Shown here: in pieces, positions 24,865 through 32,218 of the stretch
How positions within the stretch are numbered: position 1 is the stretch's first letter
Layout: each line of letters opens with the position of its first letter
Assembly (NCBI GenBank): GCA_043741475.1
Contig: JAYUAG010000008.1
Span: 1 to 33,539, forward strand
Direction of reading: 5' to 3'
DNA length: 33,539 nt
Source: Thermoflexaceae bacterium
Lineage (GTDB): Bacteria; Chloroflexota; Dehalococcoidia; Tepidiformales; Tepidiformaceae
The notes under the pieces: model-generated
Told to the model about the DNA's origin: nothing
Databases searched by the model: none
Seen by the model: only the letters and a program-made list of their open reading frames with translations
Translations under genes and position numbers: made by a program

Positions 24865-25904
24865 CGACGCCCGCGCGCCGCTACCACCTGGCGCTACGTT
24901 CACTTCACGAAGGGGCGAATGCCGTGTTCGCCACCCGCGATGGTTGGTCGGTTCCGCTGCACTACGGCGACGCACGCGCCGAACACGCCGCTCTGCGCGG
25001 CCAGGCGGTGGTCTTCGACCGCTCGCAGCGCAGCCGCATCCTCGTCGCCGGGACGGACGCAGCGGATGTGTTGGTGGCGACGTTCGCGGGCCACGTTGGC
25101 GAGCTTGAGGAAGGCCGGGCGATGCGCACGGTCGCGCTGGACGCGGATGGGACGATCCGCGACCTCGTGCTAGTCGCACGGACGGGAGGGATCTCGTACC
25201 TGGTCTCCGGCGAGCCAGGGCAGCGCGACGAGACGCTCGAACGGCTGCGCGACCACGTGGGCGCTGATTACGACGTGCGCATCGAGGACCGTACGGAGAG
25301 CACCTGCCTGCTCGGGTTGGCGGGTCCGGCGGCCACGGCGGTGGTGGCGGCGCACCTTTCCGAGGGGCTGCCGGCGCGGCTCCAGACGCTGCACTGCACG
25401 ACCTTCGAGTTCCACGGCTTTCGTTCGCTCGCGACGCGTACGAGCGACACGGGCGAGGACGGCTACGAATTGATGCTCGCGCCCGCCGTCGCCCAACACG
25501 TGGTGGGGACGCTGGTTGGAGCCGGCGTACGGCTGGTGGGGGCGGCGGCGCTGGAAACGGCGCGGGTGGAGGCGTGCATCCCGGCATTCGCGCCGGACCT
25601 GGAGACCGGCCTGAGCCCGGCCGAGGCGGACCTGGATGTAATGCTCGACCTGCCAGCGGGCCGCGAACGATGGATGCTCAGCGCGATCCTGATCGAAGGG
25701 CCCGTGATGGAGGCGGGGACGCCGGTCCTCGCTGGAGGCGTGCGCGTGGGCGAGCTGCGGTCGTGCGTCGCGTCGCCCACGCTCGGAGCGACGGTGGGGC
25801 TGGCAGTGGTCGAGGCGCGGGTTGCGCTCCCGGGCGTTGCCCTTGACCTTGACGGGACGCGCGCGACGATTGTCGCCAAGCCACTCTACCGACGGAGAAG
25901 CTGA
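24861..25904 (+). CDS. Aminomethyltransferase (GcvT)-family folate-binding protein
   Basis: The N-terminal pattern LHEGANAVFATRDGWSVPLHYGD...EHAALRGQAVVFDRSQRSRILVAG and the GYELM motif (GEDGYELM) are typical of the GcvT/YgfZ fold. It has an ATGA overlap with the MBL gene. Confidence 0.8.
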   Translation: MTTPARRYHLALRSLHEGANAVFATRDGWSVPLHYGDARAEHAALRGQAVVFDRSQRSRILVAGTDAADVLVATFAGHVGELEEGRAMRTVALDADGTIRDLVLVARTGGISYLVSGEPGQRDETLERLRDHVGADYDVRIEDRTESTCLLGLAGPAATAVVAAHLSEGLPARLQTLHCTTFEFHGFRSLATRTSDTGEDGYELMLAPAVAQHVVGTLVGAGVRLVGAAALETARVEACIPAFAPDLETGLSPAEADLDVMLDLPAGRERWMLSAILIEGPVMEAGTPVLAGGVRVGELRSCVASPTLGATVGLAVVEARVALPGVALDLDGTRATIVAKPLYRRRS

Positions 25905-25907
25905 GCC

Positions 25908-26477
25908 ATGACCCAGGGAATGGGAATCGACTTACAGGCGCTGGCGCTGAGCTACAAGCCGGCGCACCTCGGCATCCACGAACTGCGGATGGGGAACGAC
26001 TGGCGCGCCTACTGGATTGAAGCGGACGAGCTACCACCCGATGCCCCGGTGCTCTACTCCTACGCGGTGGTTGTGGCCGAAGACAAGGGCTATGTGACGC
26101 GTCGCGCCGGGGAGCGGATCTGGAGCACGGTGGAAGGCGCGCGGCGGGCGGACGAGGCGCCCGAGGGCTGCGTGAAGCGGATGGCAGCGGAGCAGGCGGG
26201 GGTGGTGACGGCTGCCGTGCGGCTGATCGGGTTCTACGAATGCCGCGCAACGACGCACAACCCGGACTTCCCCGCAGGAACGGTGACGGTGCGGCCGATC
26301 TACCTGGTGGTCGCGAAGAAACTCAGCGAAATGGGTAAGGACGCCCTCTTCGAACGGCGACGGTTGCCCATGAACGAACACGCGAGGGCGTTGAGGGAGC
26401 GCTACCCCGAGCTGAACGAGTCGATCGTAAGGACGGTGGACCAATACGCGGTGCTGAAGGCGCGAGGGACGCTGTAG
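25908..26477 (+). CDS. Hypothetical protein with a degenerate Nudix-like box
   Basis: ATG 25908 is preceded by GGAGAAG. The segment GARRADEAPEGCVKRMAAEQAGV fits GX5EX7R.U.E..GU, but two of the three glutamates in the REUXEE part are missing. Confidence 0.75.
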   Translation: MTQGMGIDLQALALSYKPAHLGIHELRMGNDWRAYWIEADELPPDAPVLYSYAVVVAEDKGYVTRRAGERIWSTVEGARRADEAPEGCVKRMAAEQAGVVTAAVRLIGFYECRATTHNPDFPAGTVTVRPIYLVVAKKLSEMGKDALFERRRLPMNEHARALRERYPELNESIVRTVDQYAVLKARGTL

Positions 26478-26556
26478 GGGTTGGTGCGTGGCTGAAGATG
26501 ATGCGGTTGCGCTTGCTGACGCGCGCGGTTCCCGTGAGCCGGTACCGGTAACCTGG
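26452..26556 (+). repeat. Tandem repeat unit A (~105 bp): genuine 3' end of the Nudix-like CDS plus a core-containing spacer
   Basis: GCTGAAGGCGCGAGGGACGCTGTAG (26453-26477) and core GCGCTTGCTGACGCGCGCGGTTC (26509-26531) recur 105-107 nt downstream. Confidence 0.8.
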
Positions 26557-26663
26557 CGCTGAAGGTGCGGGAGACGCTGTAGCGCCGTGTTCGCCGCCCG
26601 GGGTGGTTCCGCGGCCCGCTTGCTTACGCGCGCGGTTCGGATTGGGCGGGTGCGCGGGCGACC
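26557..26663 (+). repeat. Tandem repeat unit B: relic gene tail (ALKVRETL-stop, 26556-26582) plus core 26612-26642
   Basis: GCTGAAGGTGCGGGAGACGCTGTAG matches unit A at 22 of 25 positions. Core CGGCCCGCTTGCTTACGCGCGCGGTTCGGAT differs by 1 nt from the reverse complement of 20619-20649. The preceding GCCCGGGGTGGTT resembles the 3' hairpin arm of the 20.6-21.0 kb element. Confidence 0.8.
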
Positions 26664-26667
26664 GCGA

Positions 26668-27333
26668 TCAATACGTGGAGACGTTGATCTCTTCCATCTT
26701 TCCGGTGACGAGATAAATGGTGCGTTCGGCAATGTTCGTGCAACGGTCGGCGATGCGCTCAAGGTTGTGTGAGCTCCAGAGCAGGTACGTGTTCCGCTGG
26801 ACAGTTGTGGGGTCGGCGATCATCGCGCGGATGCAATCGTCCTGGATGCTGTCGTAAATGCGGTCGACCTCGTCGTCGGCGGCACAGACCTGGCGGGCGA
26901 GTGCTTCGTCGTGGTCCAGATAAGAGCGGAGCGAGTCGCGCAGCATCTGCACGGCGCGGTCGGCCATGGAAGGGATGTAGCCGAGGCGCCGAGGCAGCGG
27001 CTCGTCGCCCAGAAGGACGTTAATCCGGGCAATGCCCTCGGCGTGGTCGGCGATGCGCTCCAGGTCGGTAGTGATGAAGAGCATGCTCACAAGGGCGCGC
27101 AGGTCGGAGGCCATCGGCGCCTGGGTGCCGATGACGAGGATGCAGCGCTCCTCAATCTCGAAACGCTTGGCGTTGATTCGCTTGTCATCCTCGATGAGCT
27201 TGTTCGACCACTGGATGTCGCCATCGCGCAGCGCCTCCATGGCGTCGAGAATGGCCTTTTCCGCCATCGACCCGAGCACAAGCACATCGTCCTGGAGGTC
27301 GGCGAGTGCGCGATGGAAGAGCTCTCTGGTCAC
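26668..27333 (-). CDS. phoU: Phosphate signaling complex protein PhoU
   Basis: 221 aa with two PhoU repeats, each carrying E(R/G)IADH-type motifs (DLERIADHAEGIA, NLERIADRCTNIA). It follows pstB. Confidence 0.93.
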   Translation of the reverse strand: MTRELFHRALADLQDDVLVLGSMAEKAILDAMEALRDGDIQWSNKLIEDDKRINAKRFEIEERCILVIGTQAPMASDLRALVSMLFITTDLERIADHAEGIARINVLLGDEPLPRRLGYIPSMADRAVQMLRDSLRSYLDHDEALARQVCAADDEVDRIYDSIQDDCIRAMIADPTTVQRNTYLLWSSHNLERIADRCTNIAERTIYLVTGKMEEINVSTY

Positions 27334-27342
27334 GTCGCCATC

Positions 27343-28218
27343 CTATCCGAACCTGCCGCTGATGTAATCCTCAGTTCGCCGGTCGCGCGGGTTCGTGAAG
27401 AGTTCCTGGGTGGGTGCGTATTCGATCAACTGACCGGAGACTTTTGTGTCGGTGAGCATGAAGGCCGTGTAATCCGAAACCCTCGCGGCCTGCTGCATAT
27501 TGTGTGTAACGACAACGATCGTGTAACTCTTCACAAGTTCACGCATCAGGTCTTCGATCTTGAGCGTGGCAATCGGGTCCAGCGCTGAACAGGGTTCGTC
27601 CATCAATACAACGTCGGGATCGTTGGCGATCGCGCGGGCGATGCAGAGACGTTGCTGCTGGCCACCGGAAAGGGCGAGGCCGGACTTTTTCAGGCTCTCT
27701 TTGACCTCGTCCCAGAGCGCCGCGCGCCTCAGGCACTGTTCCACGAGTGCATCCATATCTCCTTTGAAGCCGTTTACTTTGGCGCCAAAGGCAACGTTGT
27801 CCTTGATCGACTTGGGGAACGGGTTCGGCTTCTGGAAGACCATGCCGATGCGGCGACGGACCTCCACCGGATCGATCCCGGGGCCGTAGATGTCTATGTC
27901 GTGATAGCGCACGGCGCCGGTGGTGCGCACCTTCGGAATGAGGTCGTTCATGCGGTTAAAGCAACGCAGGAGCGTGCTCTTGCCGCAGCCGGAAGGGCCG
28001 ATGAGCGCCGTTACCTTGTTCACGGGGATGTTCAGGGTGACGCCCGTCACGGCCTGCTTGGCGCCGTACCAGAGGCTCAGGTCCTGGACGGCAATCGCGG
28101 TAGGCTCCGCCGGCTGGACGATGTTGCTGGCGTTCGCGCCGGAGGTACCGGCGAAGGTGCTTTCGGCGGCGCGCATCCCCCGGTCCGCGGGGCGCAGGTC
28201 AATCTGTGCCTGGGTCAT
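27343..28218 (-). CDS. pstB: Phosphate ABC transporter ATP-binding protein PstB
   Basis: Motifs are Walker [10 protein letters not shown], signature [14 protein letters not shown] and Walker [12 protein letters not shown]. The PstB-typical C-terminus is [10 protein letters not shown]. The N-terminal ~35 aa may be an over-extension. Confidence 0.93.
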   Translation of the reverse strand: MTQAQIDLRPADRGMRAAESTFAGTSGANASNIVQPAEPTAIAVQDLSLWYGAKQAVTGVTLNIPVNKVTALIGPSGCGKSTLLRCFNRMNDLIPKVRTTGAVRYHDIDIYGPGIDPVEVRRRIGMVFQKPNPFPKSIKDNVAFGAKVNGFKGDMDALVEQCLRRAALWDEVKESLKKSGLALSGGQQQRLCIARAIANDPDVVLMDEPCSALDPIATLKIEDLMRELVKSYTIVVVTHNMQQAARVSDYTAFMLTDTKVSGQLIEYAPTQELFTNPRDRRTEDYISGRFG

Positions 28219-28239
28219 CTGTCTCTGGTCCTCCGTGGA

Positions 28240-29157
28240 TCAGGTTCGGCGGAATCGCTCGCGAATGAGCACGGCGATGAGGTTGAGACCAACCACCATA
28301 ACCATCAGGACGATGATGGCGGCGGAAGCGTTCTCCCGGAACGCCTCCTGCGGACGGATTGTCCAGTTATAAACCTGGACGGGCACGACCGTGAACTCGT
28401 CGTTAAGGCTGGTGTTGTCGAAGGCGATGAAGGCGAAGGCGCCGATCATGATGAGGGCGGCGGTCTCGCCCGCGGCGCGCGCCACCGCAAGGATCGTCCC
28501 CGTCATGATCCCGGGCAGCGCGCTCGGGAGCGTGTGGTGCCAGACGGTCTGCCAGCGCGTCGCGCCGAGCGCGAGCGAGCCGTCGCGGATGCTCGGGGGC
28601 ACCTGGCGGATCGCCTCAACGGAGGCGATCACGGTCATCGGCAGGATCATGAGGGAGAGGGTCAGGGCGCCGGCCAGGATTGAGGAGCCGAGCGCCGGGA
28701 ACAGCGTGAGGCCGTGAAAATCCACCCCGCGCACGAAGACGGTGAGCCCGAGGATGCCGTAGATGATGGAGGGCACCCCCGCCAGGTTCGCGATGTTCAG
28801 GCGGACGAGGTTGGTGAACCGCCCCTTCGGCGAGAACTCCTCCAGAAATATCGCCGTCCCAATCGCGATCGGGATAGCGAGGATCACGGTCGTGGTCATG
28901 ATCCAGATGGTCCCCAGGAGCGAGGAACGCAGGCCCGCATTCGCCGCGTTGCGCGAAGGGTAGCTGGTGAGGAAGTCCCAGCTCAGCCTGCCGCCGCCGA
29001 TCCGGACGGTGTCGATGCCGAGGTAGACCAGCACCCCGATGCCGGTGAGGGTGGCGGCCAGGAGCACGTATCGTGAGGCGTTGGACACCGCCTGGCGACG
29101 GGCGACCGCGCCCTGCGCGCGAAGGGTGAGATCGTTCGAAGCTTCGCGGGCGCTCAT
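28240..29157 (-). CDS. pstA: Phosphate ABC transporter permease PstA
   Basis: Six-helix binding-protein-dependent permease with an EAA-like loop (ALGATRWQTVWHHTLP). Its operon position follows pstC, with an ATGA overlap. Confidence 0.9.
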   Translation of the reverse strand: MSAREASNDLTLRAQGAVARRQAVSNASRYVLLAATLTGIGVLVYLGIDTVRIGGGRLSWDFLTSYPSRNAANAGLRSSLLGTIWIMTTTVILAIPIAIGTAIFLEEFSPKGRFTNLVRLNIANLAGVPSIIYGILGLTVFVRGVDFHGLTLFPALGSSILAGALTLSLMILPMTVIASVEAIRQVPPSIRDGSLALGATRWQTVWHHTLPSALPGIMTGTILAVARAAGETAALIMIGAFAFIAFDNTSLNDEFTVVPVQVYNWTIRPQEAFRENASAAIIVLMVMVVGLNLIAVLIRERFRRT

Positions 29158-30116
29158 TCGTAGGCCTCACGGAAGCGGCTCACGATCCAGGTGGCGAGCA
29201 CGTTCAGAATGAACGTGAAGATGAAGAGCGTGGAGGCTACGGCGAAGAGCGACGTGTAGTTAATCGTGCCGCGGGCGGCATCGCCGAGGCCGACCTGGAG
29301 CATGTACCCGGTCATCGTCTGGATGCTCTGGAGCGGAAGCAGCGTGAGGTTTGGCGTGGACCCAGCGGCTATGGCGACGATCATCGTTTCGCCCACCACC
29401 CGCGCGATGCCGAGGAGCACGGCCGCGATGATACCGGAGAGCGCCGCCGGGAAGACGACCCTGACGGCCACCTCGAGCCGTGTCGCGCCGAGGCCATAGG
29501 CGGCCTCGCGCAGGTCCCGGGGGACGTTGGACATCGCGTCTTCGGAGACGGACGCAATCGTCGGGAGAATCATGATCGCCATGACGATACTCGCGCTCAG
29601 GCTGTTGAAGATGGGCACTCGATCCGCGCCAAACAGCGGCCGAAGGATCTCCGAGGTGATCACGTTGAGGGCGAAGAAGGCGTAGACGACGGTGGGCACG
29701 CCGGCAAGCGCCTCAAGGATCGGCTTGAGAATCCGCCTCGTGCGCGGATGGGCGTATTCGCTCAGGTAGATGGCCGCCGCCAGGCCGAGGGGCAGCGCGA
29801 AGAGCATCGACCAGAGGACGACATTGGCCGTCCCCGCCACCAGTTCCCAGATCCCGAACGACTCGGTGCCGGGGATGAGGGCCTGCCAGTGGGTTTCGAG
29901 GAAAAACTGCGCAAACGTCACCTCACGGAAGAAGTTGATCGTCTCTTCGAAGAGGATCACCACGATCAGGACGGTGGTGAGGATGGAGATCGCGCCGCAG
30001 AGCCACAGCGAGCCGACGATGACACGCTCGAACGGCCGCCGGAACGCGCGCTTCTGCATTGCGCGCTCCAGTTCGGCGGTAGTCAGGGGCATTCGAGCGG
30101 ACTGTCCAGCGGTCAT
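29154..30116 (-). CDS. pstC: Phosphate ABC transporter permease PstC
   Basis: Permease with an EAA-like loop (EAAYGLGATRLEVAVRVVFP). It is the first permease gene after pstS. Confidence 0.9.
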   Translation of the reverse strand: MTAGQSARMPLTTAELERAMQKRAFRRPFERVIVGSLWLCGAISILTTVLIVVILFEETINFFREVTFAQFFLETHWQALIPGTESFGIWELVAGTANVVLWSMLFALPLGLAAAIYLSEYAHPRTRRILKPILEALAGVPTVVYAFFALNVITSEILRPLFGADRVPIFNSLSASIVMAIMILPTIASVSEDAMSNVPRDLREAAYGLGATRLEVAVRVVFPAALSGIIAAVLLGIARVVGETMIVAIAAGSTPNLTLLPLQSIQTMTGYMLQVGLGDAARGTINYTSLFAVASTLFIFTFILNVLATWIVSRFREAYE

Positions 30117-30170
30117 TGAGAAGGCTAACTCCCAAACTGAGGCGTCGGCGACGAGCGCCCGCAGAGTGTA

Positions 30171-31202
30171 TTACTTCGGCAGGAAGGGGCTGAGCTTCTC
30201 TTGCTGCGTCTTGAGGAGCGCGTCCGGCAGGCTGACATAGCCGACTTCCTTTGTCAGCGTGGCCGTGTTGTCCAGGTAGAACTTGAGGAAGCCCACGACC
30301 TCCGCCTTCTCCCGGAGGGTGGCGGCGTTGCTGTAAATGAAGAGCGGCCGGCTAAGCGGCTTGTACTCCCCACTGAGGGCGGCGTCGAACGTCGGCGACA
30401 CGCACTTCGTCCCGTTGTTCACCTGGACGGCCTTAAGCTTCTTCCCCGCTTCCTCGAAGTAGGCGAAGCCGAAGTATCCGATCGCGTTCTTGTCGCCTTC
30501 AACACCCTTCACGAGCACGTTGTCGTCTTCCGAAGATGTCCCATCAGAGCGATGGGAGGGCTCGTTCGAGGCCTGGCCCCGCAGCTTCAGGGCCTCCTTG
30601 AAGTAGTCGAAGGTCCCGGAATCGGCGCCGGGGTAGTAGAACTTGATGTTCTCGGCCGGCCAGGTAGGGTCGATGTCCTTCCACTGTTTGGCGCCGCCGT
30701 CCTTGAAGGCGAGGGTCAGCTGGGCGGGGGTCATGCACTGCGCCCACGTATTCTGCGGGCTCACCACCACGGTGAGGGCATCGATCGCCACCTGCAGCTC
30801 GACGATCTCGGTGATCCCGGCGGCGGTGCACCTGTCCCTTTCGCCCTGGTTGATCGGCCGGGAGGCGTTAGAGATGTCGATTTCCTTGCGGCAGAACTTC
30901 TCGAAGCCGCCACCGGTGCCGGAGAAGGCCACGTTCGCACGGACGTTCTTCGCGACCTTGCTGAATTCCTCGGCGACCGCTTCGGAGATGGGGAAGACCG
31001 TGGACGAGCCATCGACGCGGACGGCGCCGCTGAGGCTCGCGTAGTTGACCGCTGGCTTCGCGGTGGGAGAGCCGCCCGGAACGGCGGTCGCGGGCGCATC
31101 GTCGCCGCCGCCACCGCAAGCCAAGGCCAGAGTCGAAACGGCGGCAAGCGCTGCCAGCGCAGCAAGCAGGCCCGGACGGCGGACCGTGTTCAATGGTCTC
31201 AT
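30171..31202 (-). CDS. pstS: Phosphate-binding lipoprotein PstS
   Basis: It has a signal peptide with lipobox LALAC followed by a Gly-rich linker, and PBP motifs SGTGGGFEKF and GADSGTFDYF. The SD sequence GAGGAG precedes ATG 31202. Confidence 0.92.
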   Translation of the reverse strand: MRPLNTVRRPGLLAALAALAAVSTLALACGGGGDDAPATAVPGGSPTAKPAVNYASLSGAVRVDGSSTVFPISEAVAEEFSKVAKNVRANVAFSGTGGGFEKFCRKEIDISNASRPINQGERDRCTAAGITEIVELQVAIDALTVVVSPQNTWAQCMTPAQLTLAFKDGGAKQWKDIDPTWPAENIKFYYPGADSGTFDYFKEALKLRGQASNEPSHRSDGTSSEDDNVLVKGVEGDKNAIGYFGFAYFEEAGKKLKAVQVNNGTKCVSPTFDAALSGEYKPLSRPLFIYSNAATLREKAEVVGFLKFYLDNTATLTKEVGYVSLPDALLKTQQEKLSPFLPK

Positions 31203-31250
31203 GATCGTGAGGCTCCTCTTCGCGTGTTGTTCGTGTTCAAATCTGAGTCG

Positions 31251-31283
31251 AGCCTAGGCAACCGCGATTAACGGCGGTTTAAC
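31251..31283 (-). promoter_or_regulatory. Candidate pstS promoter: two direct GTTAAn repeats 11 bp apart (Pho-box-like) placed 10 nt upstream of -10 TAGGCT
   Basis: The minus strand reads GTTAAAccgccGTTAATcgcggttgccTAGGCT. The repeats are at 31267-72 and 31278-83 and the -10 is at 31251-56. Confidence 0.4.
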
Positions 31284-31322
31284 GCACCCTGCCAGGGTCG
31301 CCGCCGTCGCTGACGCGGATCT

Positions 31323-31363
31323 TTTTACACAGATTTTGCACTGCGATTGCCGGCATTTTACGT
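31323..31363 (+). promoter_or_regulatory. Four 11-bp-phased direct repeats TTTTACAC / TTTTGCAC / (gATTGCCG) / TTTTACGT (PhoP/PhoB-box-like array)
   Basis: Unit starts are at 31323, 31334, 31345 and 31356. Units 1, 2 and 4 contain TT(T)ACA-like hexamers. This is an AT-rich patch in the pstS / response-regulator divergent region, followed by TAAGGT at 31377-82. Confidence 0.45.
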
Positions 31364-31431
31364 AGCGGTGGCAGACTAAGGTTGATCGGGGAGCGACTTA
31401 CGGCCTCGCTCGCCGAGCACCCCTCTTGCCT

Positions 31432-31497
31432 GTCGAGGGCTCCGAGGATGCCATCCCCGACCGGGCTTGCCCGGCTGGCAGCCCCGGAGCCCTCGGC
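31432..31497. other. Strong GC-rich stem-loop between the Pho-box array and the response-regulator start
   Basis: CGAGGGCTCCG (31434-44) pairs perfectly with CGGAGCCCTCG (31485-95). The stem extends by G-C and G-U pairs and encloses a second small hairpin, CCGGG-cttg-CCCGG. There is no U tract. Confidence 0.5.
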
Positions 31498-31523
31498 GCA
31501 TACTGGTGAAGGGCGCTAAATCG

Positions 31524-32204
31524 ATGGCTCAGAAGATCCTGGTGGTCGATGACGAAGAAAACATTCGGGATCTGGCCACCCTCTACCTGCAAAAAGAGGG
31601 CTTCCTCGTCGAGTGTGCCACGGATGGCCAGGACGCCCTCGCGCGGTTCGCGCAGATCCAGCCGGCAATGGTGCTCCTGGACGTGATGATGCCCGGGATG
31701 GACGGGTTCGATGTCTGCCGCGAACTGCGCAAGGACCATGACGTGCCGATTCTCATGCTCACCGCCCGCAGCGACGACGTGGACAAGATCGTTGGGCTGG
31801 AGATCGGCGCGGACGACTACATGACGAAGCCGTTCAACCCGCGCGAGATGGTGGCGCGGGTGAAGGCGATCCTGCGGCGCTTCGAAGGCGGGCGGAAGCC
31901 GCAGAACGCGATGATGATCGCGAACCTCGCCGTCGACAAGGCCAGGCGTGAGGCCCGTATCGATGACATTCCGCGGGACATGCGGATGAAGGAGTTCGAC
32001 CTGCTGGTCGCGTTCGTTGAAAACGTGGGTATCGTGCTGACGCGGGAACAGCTCCTGGAGAACGTCTGGGGCTACGAATACGCGGGCGAGACGCGAACCG
32101 TCGACGTCCACGTGCAGCACCTGCGCACGCGGCTAGCGGGGGCGAACGTCGTGATCGAGACGCTCCGCAGTGTCGGCTACAAGTTCACTGAGAGCCCGGC
32201 CTAG
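31524..32204 (+). CDS. OmpR/PhoB-family response regulator (PhoB/PhoP-like by context)
   Basis: It has a receiver domain (KILVVDDEENIRD, phospho-acceptor context VLLDVMMPGMDG, MLTA, DDYMTKPF) and a winged-helix output domain (RTVDVHVQHLRTRL, TLRSVGYKF). I prefer ATG 31524 to the track start at 31467. Confidence 0.92.
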   Translation: MAQKILVVDDEENIRDLATLYLQKEGFLVECATDGQDALARFAQIQPAMVLLDVMMPGMDGFDVCRELRKDHDVPILMLTARSDDVDKIVGLEIGADDYMTKPFNPREMVARVKAILRRFEGGRKPQNAMMIANLAVDKARREARIDDIPRDMRMKEFDLLVAFVENVGIVLTREQLLENVWGYEYAGETRTVDVHVQHLRTRLAGANVVIETLRSVGYKFTESPA

Positions 32205-32218
32205 GCGGAGGGGGAGAC

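Noticed and set aside
24628-25587. A 319-aa Pro/Arg-rich minus-strand ORF.
   Set aside because: It is antisense to the GcvT-like gene and its composition is typical of non-coding frames in GC-rich sequence.
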